From the NCBI RefSeq assembly GCF_020745735.1, contig NC_083408.1, positions 8,073,131 to 8,137,130 on the forward strand: a stretch of DNA of 64,000 nucleotides, in the 5' to 3' direction. Source of the stretch: Hemiscyllium ocellatum (Eukaryota). The position numbers and the translations under genes were made by a program. The notes under the pieces are model-generated. The model was not told where the DNA came from, did no database searches, and saw only the letters and a program-made list of their open reading frames with translations. Below, piece by piece: positions 52,045-62,919 of the stretch; position 1 is the stretch's first letter; every line of letters begins with the position of its first letter.

Positions 52045-52389
52045 GTTCTGCAATGAAGAAACTGTTCATTCAGCCCATCTATTGCACACTGACTCTCCAA
52101 ATAGCATACCACAAGGGACAACCTTACTTTACCCTCGTAACTCTGTCTTGACCACACATAATCCCACTAACCTGCACATTCCTGAATAATGCGGGTCAAT
52201 TTAGAAAGGCCACTGCACCTAACCTACGCATTGTCGTACAGTGGGAAGAAAACCAACCAACGGGAAGTAACCCACGCAGACACGGGAAGAGTTGGCAAGA
52301 CCCACACAGCCAGTCACCGAAGGATGGGATCTAAACTGCGACATTGTTACTGTAACCCAGCAGTGTTAATGATGGAGCCACAGTGCCAC
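52045..52389 (-). mobile_element. HE1-type SINE, diverged
   Basis: Reverse complement begins GTGGCACTGTGGCTCC..., contains CCCGTGTCTGCGTGGGTT and ends in a CR1-like tail. Confidence 0.8.
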
Positions 52390-52659
52390 TCCAGTGATTA
52401 GCTCAGAGTGACTGCATTATCCCACTTTCTTGGGAATCCTCACATGTCTTTAGATGATGTCGAATCCCAGTGAAGCACCTACGGCATGCCCTCCTCTTCC
52501 CTCACACCAGGTTTCATACCGCCCTTCAAAAGATCTGGTGGGCAGTACCTTAGTCTGTAACTGACTCATTGCCTGAACTTCTGACCTCAACTCTCCCCCT
52601 TCTGCCCAGATCAAGTAATTAATTAATTGCTTGTTAAAAATAAAACAAAGAACTTCACT

Positions 52660-54088
52660 GAAGGTTGGCAAACATGATGCCACTGTTTAAGAAAGGTAGT
52701 AGGACAAGCCAGAGAAGTATAGACCAGTGAGCCTGTCCACGGTGGTGGGCAAGTTGTTGGAGGAAATCCTGAGGGACAGGATGTACATGCATTTGGAGAG
52801 GCAAGGACTGATTCGGGATAGTCAACATGGCTTTGTGCGTGGGAAATCAAGTCTCACAAACTTGAATGAGTTTTTTGATGAAGTAATAAGTAAGGCTGAT
52901 GAGGGCAGAGCAGTAGATGTGATCTCTCTGTCCTTCAGTAAGGCGTTCGACAAGGTTCCCCATGGGAGATTGATTAGCAAGGTTACGTCTCATGGAATAC
53001 AGGGAGAACTAGCCATTTGGATACAAAACTGGCTCAAATATAGAAGACAGAGGGTTGGTGAAGGGTTGTTTTTCAGACTGGAGGCCTGTGACCAATGGAC
53101 TGCCACAAGGATCGATGCTGGGCTCTGTCCTTTTTGTCATTCACATAAATGATTTGGATGTGAGCATGAGAGGAACAGTTAGTAAGTTTGCAGATGACAC
53201 GAAATTGGAGGTGTAGTGAACAGCGAAGAGGGTTACCTCAGAATACCTCAGGATCTTGACCAGATGGGGCAATGGGCTGAGCAGCGACAGATGAAGTTTA
53301 ATTCAGATAAATGCGAGGTGCTGAATTTTGGGAAAGCAAATCTTTGCAGTACTTATACACTTAATGGTAAGGTCTAAGGGAGTGTTGCTGAACAAAAAGA
53401 CCTTGATGTGCAGGTTCATAGCACCTTGAAAGTGGTGTTGCAGGTAGATAGGATAGAGAAGAAGGCGTTTGGTATGCTTTCCTTTATTGGTCAGAGTATT
53501 GAGTGCAGGTGTTGGGAGGGCATGTTGTGACTGGACAGGACACTGGTTAGGCCACTGTTGGAATATTGCGTGCAATTCTGGTCTCCTTCCTATCGGAAAG
53601 ATGTTGTGAAGCTTGAAAGGGTTCAGAAAATATTTACAAGTTTGTTGTCAGGGTTTGAGGATCTGAGCTACAGGGAGAGGCTTAACACGCTGAGGCTGTT
53701 TCCCCTGGAGCGTCGAAGGTAGAGGGGTGACCTTATAGAGGATTACAAAATTATGAAGTGCATGGATAGGATAAATAGGCAAAGTCTTTTCCCTGGGGTC
53801 GGGAAGTCCAGAACTGGAGGGCATAGGTTTATGTTGAGAGGGGAAAGATACAAAAGAGACCCAAGGGACAAATGTTTCACACAGAGGGTGGTACGTGTAT
53901 GGAATGACCTGTCAAAAGATGTGGTGGTGGCTGGTACAATTGCAACATTTAAGTGGCATTTGAATGGGTATATGAATAGGAAGGGTTTGGAGGGATATGG
54001 GCCGGGTACTGGCAGGTGTGTCTAGATTGGGATGTGATAACTGGTTGGCATGGGCGGGTTGGACCGAAGGGTCTGTTTCCCACAGAGT
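52660..54088 (+). mobile_element. CR1/HER1-type LINE, RT domain to 3' end (relatively young, but frameshifted)
   Basis: [60 protein letters not shown]; tail GGACCGAAGGGTCTGTTTCC. Confidence 0.95.
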
Positions 54089-54727
54089 GAGTCAAATGAC
54101 GACATGCTATCAACGGAGCAACGAAAACACTGAAAAACACCAGATTGCATGAAGTATTGACACAACATTGAGCAAGAGAAATCCTGATAGAGTCCGCTTG
54201 TCTCTCATCATCAGGGTATTGATATTATGAAGTTGAAGGCACGTTCTGTCCCATTAAGAGACAGTGAATGCTGCTTTGAACTGAGTGTTAACAAACTCCT
54301 TTGTAAACGACAAGATGGCAGTTCCAGAATGCACTATAAAATTGAAAAAAGTAAAATTTGGCTGTAACTTAAATACCTGAGTTTCCTTCTGTTCGAACAA
54401 CAATTTGAATTTAACTAATCAGTTTAAATTATGCCCCCACGACTTGAGAAAGAAATCGTGTTTCAATGTCCTGTTCGTCCAGCATCAAACCAATGAGACG
54501 GTCGGATGTTGGGGATATAAAAAATGGGGAAGTTTTGAAAATTTCAGACAGAAAAAATGCCATCAACACAGATCCAAGAAATTAGTAATCACTCTCTATC
54601 CAAGGCACTTTTCAAATGAAAGAGATTCGCAGTAAAAATAAATAAAATGACCAAGGGACATCTTCAGCCGGAAGAAATCACCAATAACGAAAGTTACAGT
54701 GTGGTTTTGAAATTATGAATGCCTTTA

Positions 54728-55130
54728 GGGCGGCACGGTGGCTCAGTCGTTACCACTGCTACATCCCAGCGCCACTGACCATGGTTCGATTCCAATCTCG
54801 GGCCACTGTCGGTGTGCAGTTAGCCTGTTCTCCCCGCGTGTGCTTTCTCCAGGTGTTCTAGTTTCCTCTCACTGTCCAAAGATATACAAATTTCCCGTAT
54901 AGGTAAAAACAATGACTGCAGATGCTGGAAACCAGATTCTGGATCAGTTTTGCTGGAAGAGCACAACTGTTCAGGCAGCATCCAACGAGCAGCGAAATCG
55001 ACGTTTCGGGCAAAAGCCCTTCATCAGGAAATTTTAGGTCGAGTGCGTCTATTTGGGTTAATCGTAGCAGGGTCGCTTTAGACTAGTTGGGCTGACGAGC
55101 CTGTTTCCACAATGTAGGAAAGCTGATCAA
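54728..55130 (+). mobile_element. HE1-type SINE carrying a Penelope 3'-end insert
   Basis: GGGCGGCACGGTGGCTCAG (A box), GGTTCGATTCC (B box), tail GCCTGTTTCCACAATGTAGG. Interrupted at 54901-55030. Confidence 0.88.
54996..55031 (-). ncRNA. Minimal hammerhead ribozyme motif within a 130-bp Penelope terminal fragment (54901-55030)
   Basis: Minus strand: TTC-CTGATGA-A GGGC TTTT GCCC-GAAA-CGTC-GA. Canonical core, helix II and GUC triplet. Confidence 0.75.
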
Positions 55131-55799
55131 ACGCGCAGCTACTTTTAATATGTGTCTTCTTGGATCAGGATATTGATATCGAATTGGAGGCAAGTAACAA
55201 ACGTTTCAAAGAAAGGAGGCTCAGTGTTGTGAGTAGTTGTTATTTAAGCTTCAAAAACATAAACTGATGATTCATTTAAACAGTGGAATTTGGGAGCTAT
55301 CTGTTACCCATATTTTAGCAGTTTAAAAGGTAGCTAGATCTGTTCTGGGCATTTAGCTTCAATGAGCAGAAAAGTTCAACGCTGTGTCCGAACAATTGCT
55401 GTGTGTGTATCTGTATCACTCTCTGCTGACCTCCCAGGCCACTGCATATGCATTGCAGAGGGTGAAAACCAACAATGATTCCTTCAGGGAGGAAGAGGGA
55501 AAAGGCAGGTGCTCACAGCGTCACCCAGACTGATTCCTTACCGATGCATTGATTGAAAATACTTTCAACTCTTGTGACGGTGCCTGCTTTCACAATTTGC
55601 TCGGCAAGTTCATTCCACACACAAGCCATCTTCTGTCGAAAATAATTACCCCATATGAATTATGTTGACCTTAGTTTTCTCCCCCAGGTACAAAGCTCTA
55701 GGTACAAACCTAACGGAAGTGTTTCATAATACGTGCGAACAAAATGATTTAAATTGTGTTAGATTTGTGACCCGAAGGAGAAGGAAGAGGTGCAAGTAT

Positions 55800-57797
55800 T
55801 GAATTTCAGAATTTATGCCAGGGATGACTGCAGGTTATGCTTCTTATAATCATTTAACGTGTTCTGCCAATTGTAATATGTTACCTTTCAATCACTCGCA
55901 AAAGATCACTGCATCATGCAAATACATTGCCTAATTTGTTCATGTGAACACGATTCTGTTCATGAGTCTTTGGAATGTGGCTGGTGCATTATTCATTGCA
56001 AAGGTCATCACTTTGAATTGATAAACTCATGTGGGTAACAAATGCATAAACTTTTTTTCCCTTTCTCTGATTATGGTATCTGCCAATAACCATGCTGTAA
56101 GTCCAACTCTGTAACACGTGGGGCTTGTCAAACTATATGTATGCCTTCCTCCAAACTTAGTGTTGGATAGCAATCCTATTTTCTCGCAGCAATGACTTTC
56201 CAATCGTCCACACAAATTGTTGAATCATGTCAGGTTTGGGAAATATCAGAGTCAGTGAACTTCACTCTCTCTAATTCAGTTCAATGATATCTTCATTGAG
56301 AATCACATCCACTTCCTCCTGCATCTGTGTGGCTTTGAAAGGATTACACTTGTGTCGTTGTTGTTTTATCACATCAGTATTCGTTAATTCCACCTCATGC
56401 ATAATAGTATAATTTCACCCATTCTTTTTCTGGATGTGTCTTTACATTGATGCAACTAAGAATCGTATTCTTTTCTTCTGTAACGATTAGCTCACTATCC
56501 TTTCCCACACCTCAATGCATTACTTGTTATTTAAAGTATTTTGAGGCACATCGAACTTCATGACATCTGGATTTGCTTCCTGACTCTGCAGGGATGAACA
56601 GCTGTTTCACCATTTTCCTGTCTCTACTCTAGTAAGCTTTCAACATATGCACATGAGATACTCGATAAACTTTTTTAAAAATCCGCTATCTTTATCAGAT
56701 AGATTAACTGAGACAATTTCTATTTTTTTTTAATTTGGAAGGGACACTAAACCTGGTTTTGAAGAGATTTGCTACCAATGTTGGCAATACTAATACGTCA
56801 CCCCAACGCATATACGGCAAAGTTTCATCGTTTTGATTTGCCACCTGCTTCATTGTATGTTATGCCATCTTCAGGTGCTGTTTTCCTAACTCACCTAAAC
56901 GATCTAATCTCTCCCTGACCTCACAAACAAAATACAAGTGTGAGATCTTTGACTTCGGTCCTGTCAATTTCTGTTTAATTAATTTCAAAGGGTCTTCACT
57001 TCATATCTCAATATTAACTAAAACGGGAGAATGAGGAGGCATCTCTAATGACCGATAATACAAATGTAATACATTTATCCCAATCATTCGGACTTTCTTG
57101 ACAGTATGTTGTTAACATGGTCTTCAGGGTCTGATGCCAACTTTCAAAGGCTCTCTGGAAATCAAGATGGAAGGAACTTGATGTAAAATGCTCAGTATTA
57201 ATCTATTAATAATTCCCTTAAATTCATACTCTTTGTCCGACTGAATCTCTCAGGTCAGCCAATGCCATAAGAAGAAAGCTACCACTCGTGTGCCAACCAT
57301 TTTGCCTTAACACTGCCCATTGTTTTCTCCTGGAAATCTGGTAGACACGCCCATATTGGTTAACAAACACGGGTTCCCAATTTTAGTTGAGAAAGGGGAC
57401 CTATACAATGAATCATAACCGCCGTGAAATGTTCTTTGACTTCAGGAAGTAGCAACAAAGATGCTAGTTTTTACTACTGCCTGTGGCTTACCTAATATTT
57501 GGAATGTATGACATGCATGACAAAAACTAACCACATCCTTGTGCATTCCAGGTCATTAAAAATGCGTTTGTACTTTAGCAGGCGTCTTCCATACACGTAG
57601 GTGACATCCTACAGGGATTCAAGAGCTATCTGTAACACTTCCTGGAAGCATGCTACCGGCAATACAATCTAGTGTGATTCTGCTCATTTCTCCTCTGCGC
57701 TAACCTGCCGGGGTCAACTTTTTCATTGTAGGCTTATATCATTCAGTTAATACTGCTAGAAAATGCACTCTGATTCCTTTTCTGCCCCCCCCCCCCG

Positions 57798-57844
<47 letters not shown>

Positions 57845-58960
57845 TGTGTGTGTTGGGGGGGGGTGTTTGTGTGTGTAAAGCATATTTGCCTGCTATCTCT
57901 GCTACTCATTCACTTCTGAGCCTTCTGTTTATTCACACGAATTCTTATCATCTCTGGAAGTTATTCTTTTCAAATACCTTCAGCTGAATAACTTCTCTTG
58001 CACTCTCAAAAATCTGTCTATTTTTAAGTCATGCGCCCATCTATCACATTACTATGCTTCACTCTTTGGAACTCAACATGAGCCCGACTTGCTTCCATCT
58101 TTATGTTTTTGAACCTCTGTCTCTGCTCCTGCTACCAATGCATAAGCACTGAAGATATTCTGTTTGACCTCTTCACATTGTATTGATTCCTAAACTGACA
58201 GCGCTGCACATACTCCACTTGACCTGCCCACCGACTTACTCTGAACCAATATTACCCACTAGCTCTCTGACAACTCCATTGTGTTAGCCGCTTTTTCAAA
58301 TGAAATGAAGAAGGCTTCGACTTTTTTCTCATTGAAATATGCAAATGTTCTAATACCCTTCTATGTATCCTTACCTTCTCTTTAGATCTCCATCCTGTTA
58401 ACTTGACATTACTGACTAAAGTTGAACTTTTCCTTCTATTTCTTTGTCCTCTCTCTCTTTCTGTTTCTTTGCTTTCTTTCCATCGCTCTTCTTTGTCTTA
58501 TAATTCTAGTTGCCGCATTTGCAATTTAAGTTTTTCTAACTCTGCAGTATATGAATCATTCTCTGTTACACCGAAGTGCCTGAACAAGTCCATTAAAATT
58601 TTAACCTTCCTTTTGTCGCTGTTTAAACCCAATTCTTATGTTATGCATTAATTCTAACAGTGTGCTTTTCCTCTGCTTTTCTAAACTTTCTTGGCAAATT
58701 TGGGAAGCATCTTCAAACCCCAGGACTTCCTAAGCAAGGTGCAAAGGCATTTCTCTCACTTTTAATTTAACCAACCGGAAGTAATTCAAACTAAACAGTG
58801 TTTTTCAACTAAGGTTTATTTAATTATTTAAGACACTAACAGCCGAGTGTTGGAATGTGCTGGGACCTTTCCTACCACAAATCTGTTCTAATTTGCTCCA
58901 ATACTGATTCGCATATCAAATAAAACTTGTTACGACGCTGATGTCGAACACCTCTGTTAA
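55800..58960 (-). mobile_element. Decayed Gmr1-like Gypsy LTR retrotransposon: gag, [deletion], integrase, RT
   Basis: Minus strand: gag FNEKKVEAFFISFEKAA...VILVQSKSVGR (58200-58340); integrase zinc finger PGMHKDVVSFCHACHT (57505-57555); core AFESWHQTLKTMLTTYC...DWDK (57070-57155); then RT YPTLSLEE...ELDLQHGYWQIP (56070-56170). Integrase lies upstream of RT. Confidence 0.85.
57785..57876. repeat. Compound microsatellite: poly-C, (TG)n, poly-G, (TG)n
   Basis: Directly visible. Lies at the gag/integrase junction of the Gypsy remnant. Confidence 0.95.
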
Positions 58961-58995
58961 CGTTTCATCCCCTTTCCAGGTGACATCTTCAGTGC
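58959..58995 (-). ncRNA. Second copy of the hammerhead motif, ending at the predicted cleavage site
   Basis: Minus strand: GCA-CTGAAGA-TGTCACCTGGAAAGGGGAT-GAAA-CGTT, then flanking DNA. Confidence 0.65.
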
Positions 58996-61592
58996 TTGCG
59001 AGCCTACTGTGAGGCGCTTCTGTGCTGATTCCTCCGGGATTTGTATTGGTTTGAATCTGCCGGTTCCGGTTGTCAGTTGCTGTCCGCTGCAGTGGCTGGT
59101 ATATAGGGTCTAGGTCGATGTGTCTGTTGATAGAATTTGTGGACGAGTGCCATGCCTCTTGGAATTCCATGGCTGTTCTCTGTTTGGCCTGACCTATAAT
59201 AGTGGTATTGTCCCAATCGAATTCGTGTTGTTTGTCATCTGAGTGTGTGGCTACTAGTGATAGCTGGTCGTGTCGTTTCGTAGCTAGTTGCTGTTCATGG
59301 ATGCGGGTTGTTAGCTGTCTTCCTGTTTGTCCTATGTAGTGTTTTGTGCAGTCCTTGCATGGGATTTTGTACACTACGTCGGTTTTGCTCATGTTGGGTA
59401 TCGGGTCCTTTGTCCTGATGAGTTGTTTTCTGAGAGTGGCTGTTGGTTTGTGTGCTGTTATGAGTTCTAGTGGTCGCAGCAGTCTGGCTGTCAGTTCAGA
59501 AATGCTCCTGATTTACGGGTGTGGCCAGGCCTTTGGGATGTGGCATGTCCTCATTTCGTTGTCTTTCCCTAAGGCATCTGTTGATGAAATTGCGCGGGTA
59601 TCCGTTTTTGGTGAATACATTGTATAGGTATTCGTCTTCTTACTTTTGTAGTTCAGGTGTGCTGCAGTGTGTTGTGGCCCTTTTGAATAATGTCCTGATG
59701 CAAGTTCGTTCGTGTGTGTTGGTGTGGTTGCTTTCATAGTTCAGGATTTGGTCTGTGCGTGTGGCTTTTCTGTATACCTTCGTGGTGAATTCTCCATTCG
59801 GTGTTCTTTGTACCATCACGTCTAGGAATGGGAGCTGGTTGTCCTTTTCTTCCTCTCTCGTGAATCGGATTCCTGTGAGTGTGGCGTTGATGATCCGGTG
59901 TGAGTTCTCTATTTCTGTGTTTTTAATGATTACAAAGGTGTCGTCCACGTATCTGACGCAGAGTTTGGGTTGTAATTGCGTTAAAACTGTTTTTTCTAAC
60001 CTTTGCATTACCGCTTTCTCTATGAGTCCAGAGATCAGTGAGCCCATGGGTGTTCTGTTGATTTGTTCGTATATCTGGTTGTTGAATGTGAAGTGTGTTG
60101 TGAGGCACAGATCCAGTAGTTTAAGAATGCTGTCTTTGTTAATAGGTTCAGCGTCCAGTTGTCTGTTGTGTACGTCCAGCAGGTTGCATATTGTTTCTCT
60201 GGCTAGGGTTTTGTCAATAGAAGTGAACAATGCCGTTACATCCAATGAGACCATCGTTCCTTCCTTGTCTATGTGTATATTTCTGATGATGTCCAATATT
60301 TCTTTTGTTTACTCTATAGAGTGTCTGGATCCGCTGATCAGGTGTTTCAGTTTCTGTTGTAGGTCTTTAGCCAGTTTGTGTGATGGTGTTCCAGGTAGTG
60401 ATACTATGGGTCTGAGTGGGATGTCTGGTTTGTGTACTTTAGGTAGTCCATAAAATCTGGGGGTGTTGTTGCTTTCCAGTTTCATTCATTGTAGGTCAGT
60501 CCTGGTTTTCTGTCCGTTTTTTTTTTGTAGATTCCTCAGTGTGTTGTTTATCCTATTGGTGAGCTGTGGAGTGGGGTCAAACTCGCTCGTTTGGTAGGTG
60601 TTGGTGTCTGCAAGTAGTTCTTCCGCTTTTTGAATTTAATCTGATTTGTCCAGGATCACATTCATTCTGCCTTTGTCTGCTGGTAGTATGATTATGGTCT
60701 TATCGTTTCTTAGTGATTTTACTGCTTCTTTCTCCTTGGGGTTGAGGTTGTGTGTTTGTCTTTTCCTTGTTATCATAGATACGATACTTTGTCTCACTGT
60801 TTGTTGTGTCTCTTCTGTCAATCCATTGTTCCTGAGTGTGTATTCTAGTGCTGCTAGGAAGTCTGCTGTCTTGGCGTCCCTGTGCTTGTAGTTAAGTCCC
60901 TTGGCCAGTATTGTTCTTTCCGTGTCTGTGAGCTGTCTGTGGGAGAGGTTTTTAACCCAGGTGTGTTTTGTGGTGTCCTGTTCGTTGTGTGTTAGTTTGG
61001 TCATTGTTTTCTTTCAGTGCCGTTTTTTGTGGTGTGTAGTCCTGTTCTGGACTATGGTGACAGCCTGTTCTATGGTCCAGGTCCATTCCTGATTGGTAGA
61101 TTTTAAAATTAACGATTTTTGGCGGGCAATTTGTTGTCTGTATTTGTGGAGTCTGTTGTAAGCATCTGTAATCATTACCTGTATTATCCTGAGTCCGTTC
61201 TGTCTGGCTGTGTCCCTGGCTTGTGGATTGTTGACTGGTGGTCTGTATCTGACACATTGTGGAAGGATTCGATTCTTTCGGAATTCGTGCAGGAATCGGA
61301 GTTGTTCGTTTGTGGCGCTTAGGCGGTTAGCACAGGATTCCCATTTCCTGACTTGTCTTAGCGTCTCTCGCCCGTAGGCGACTGCAGCGACAGCAACTGA
61401 CAACTGGAAGCGGCAGATTCAAACCAGTATAAATGCCGGAGGAATCAGCACAGAAGCGCTCCACAGGAGGCTCCCGAGCACTGAAGATGTCACCTAGAAA
61501 GGGGACGAAACGTTTGCAACAAAAACTCCCAGCTCGGGGAACAGAACCACAACAACGAGCACCCGAGCTACAAATCTTCTCACAAACTTTGA
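58961..61592 (-). mobile_element. Near full-length Penelope-like retroelement (RT and GIY-YIG endonuclease; frameshifted) with inverted terminal repeat and 11-bp TSD
   Basis: ORF pieces 61014-61380, 60636-61004 (WVKNLS...LAKGLNY...ILPADKGR), 59640-60296 (VSLDVTALFT...PMGS...RYVDD...LPFLD...VYRK), 58916-59392 (VVYKIPCKDC..YIGQTGR). 58961-59092 is inverted at 61381-61512. ACCTCTGTTAA at 58950-58960 and 61593-61603. Confidence 0.95.
61478..61517 (+). ncRNA. Hammerhead ribozyme motif in the Penelope terminal repeat
   Basis: GCA-CTGAAGA-T GTC A CCT AGAA AGG G GAC-GAAA-CGTT-TGC: intact core, helix II, palindromic AACGTT helix III, GUU triplet, GCA/TGC helix I. Confidence 0.8.
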
Positions 61593-61900
61593 ACCTCTGT
61601 TAAATTAAAACCACTCAACGAGAGAAACTCACCACACCTCATAATCTTTTGAAATACGAGTAACATAAGAACATCCAAATTCCATAATTCACGAAATAAC
61701 GACTTTTCACAAAATCAAGAATTATTTTTCTTAAATACTCATAATCTGACGCCAAATCTATAAAAATACATGCTGCTCCAATAACACACTAATTAATATT
61801 AACTTTCAACTAATCTCAACACCACGCAGTCTCTGTCTCCTCCCCTGTCTTCAACCTTCCAGCTGCTTTATTCCCTGGGTCCACATTCTTGTTTTTTAAC
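61593..61900 (-). mobile_element. Probable remainder of the Gypsy LTR split by the Penelope insertion
   Basis: Continues the TGTTACGAC... terminus at 58928 across the TSD. AT-rich; right boundary uncertain. Confidence 0.45.
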
Positions 61901-62919
61901 TGCAAGTACGTTTTCCATGTAAAGTTATCTTTGATAGAGATTGTTTTGTACTTACCTTGAGACCAAGACTTTTGATGATCAGATAGTTCACCGGCTTTAC
62001 AACACTTGCTCCGCAGATCGATGGCATTTGCTCTCCCTCTTATTTTCAAAATACACAATTTATATTCTCCCTATGACAGATTGAATTCTTATAACGTTAT
62101 TGATTCCAGGTGTGTAAATAATAAAATTTGACTTCCAATGGCTTCAGGTATCATGGATATGATTAAAATAAACAACCAAAACTCAGGTATCCATTTGGCA
62201 GCTATTTGTTACATGTGGAACAGCCTTACCGTATGCTAGCAGCTGTGGGTGTACTTTGAATTGAGCAAAACAGTCGACATTGTAACAGGTCAGCATGGAC
62301 ACGTTTGAGTACTTAAGACTTAATGACTCATTCATGTCTGCATATATTTTTGTTGACTCATGATCAAGGACATGCAGGCACTTTCGGACAATGGCATTTC
62401 CCAACCTCGCATAAAATAATCAATACAAAATGAGATCTCTGCTATTTGGTGATCACATCCAAATCATGTGTCCATATTGCAAATTGACCTGGACCAAACG
62501 CTGATATATGTGAAAACCCGAGAATAACGGTCTTCAGTCCAGTAACAGGCACTGCTCTCTGTATTGTGTCTGCTACCAAATTAACAATTCATGTTGTATA
62601 TCTCCTGTACACATGAACTTCCGGGCATCTCATTTAATGACGTCAAAACTATTTTGCAAATTCATTTACACTGCTCCTACTGGGTCTCATTTGTGAACGC
62701 CTCAGCAAGTACAAATTCCACAGTTTTCGCAATGGTGATTGCATTTCCTGAAGCTCAGCTGACTCTGCCAAGTCATGTCATGATTTTCCCCCCCGCCCCG
62801 TTTCAATTTGTCACATTCCAAACAACAGATTACAATATTTTCCTCAACACAGACACCAAGTTGTCCCGTATTTAAAGTTGATTTATTTTCCATCCCTGTC
62901 CAAAACTCATATATAAGCT

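Noticed and set aside
54728-54800. tRNA gene
   Set aside because: A and B boxes belong to the tRNA-derived head of an HE1 SINE; no complete cloverleaf.
61950-62420. Possible third integrase remnant on the minus strand (PEAI, RIQSVIG)
   Set aside because: Only two short motif resemblances; too weak without a profile search.
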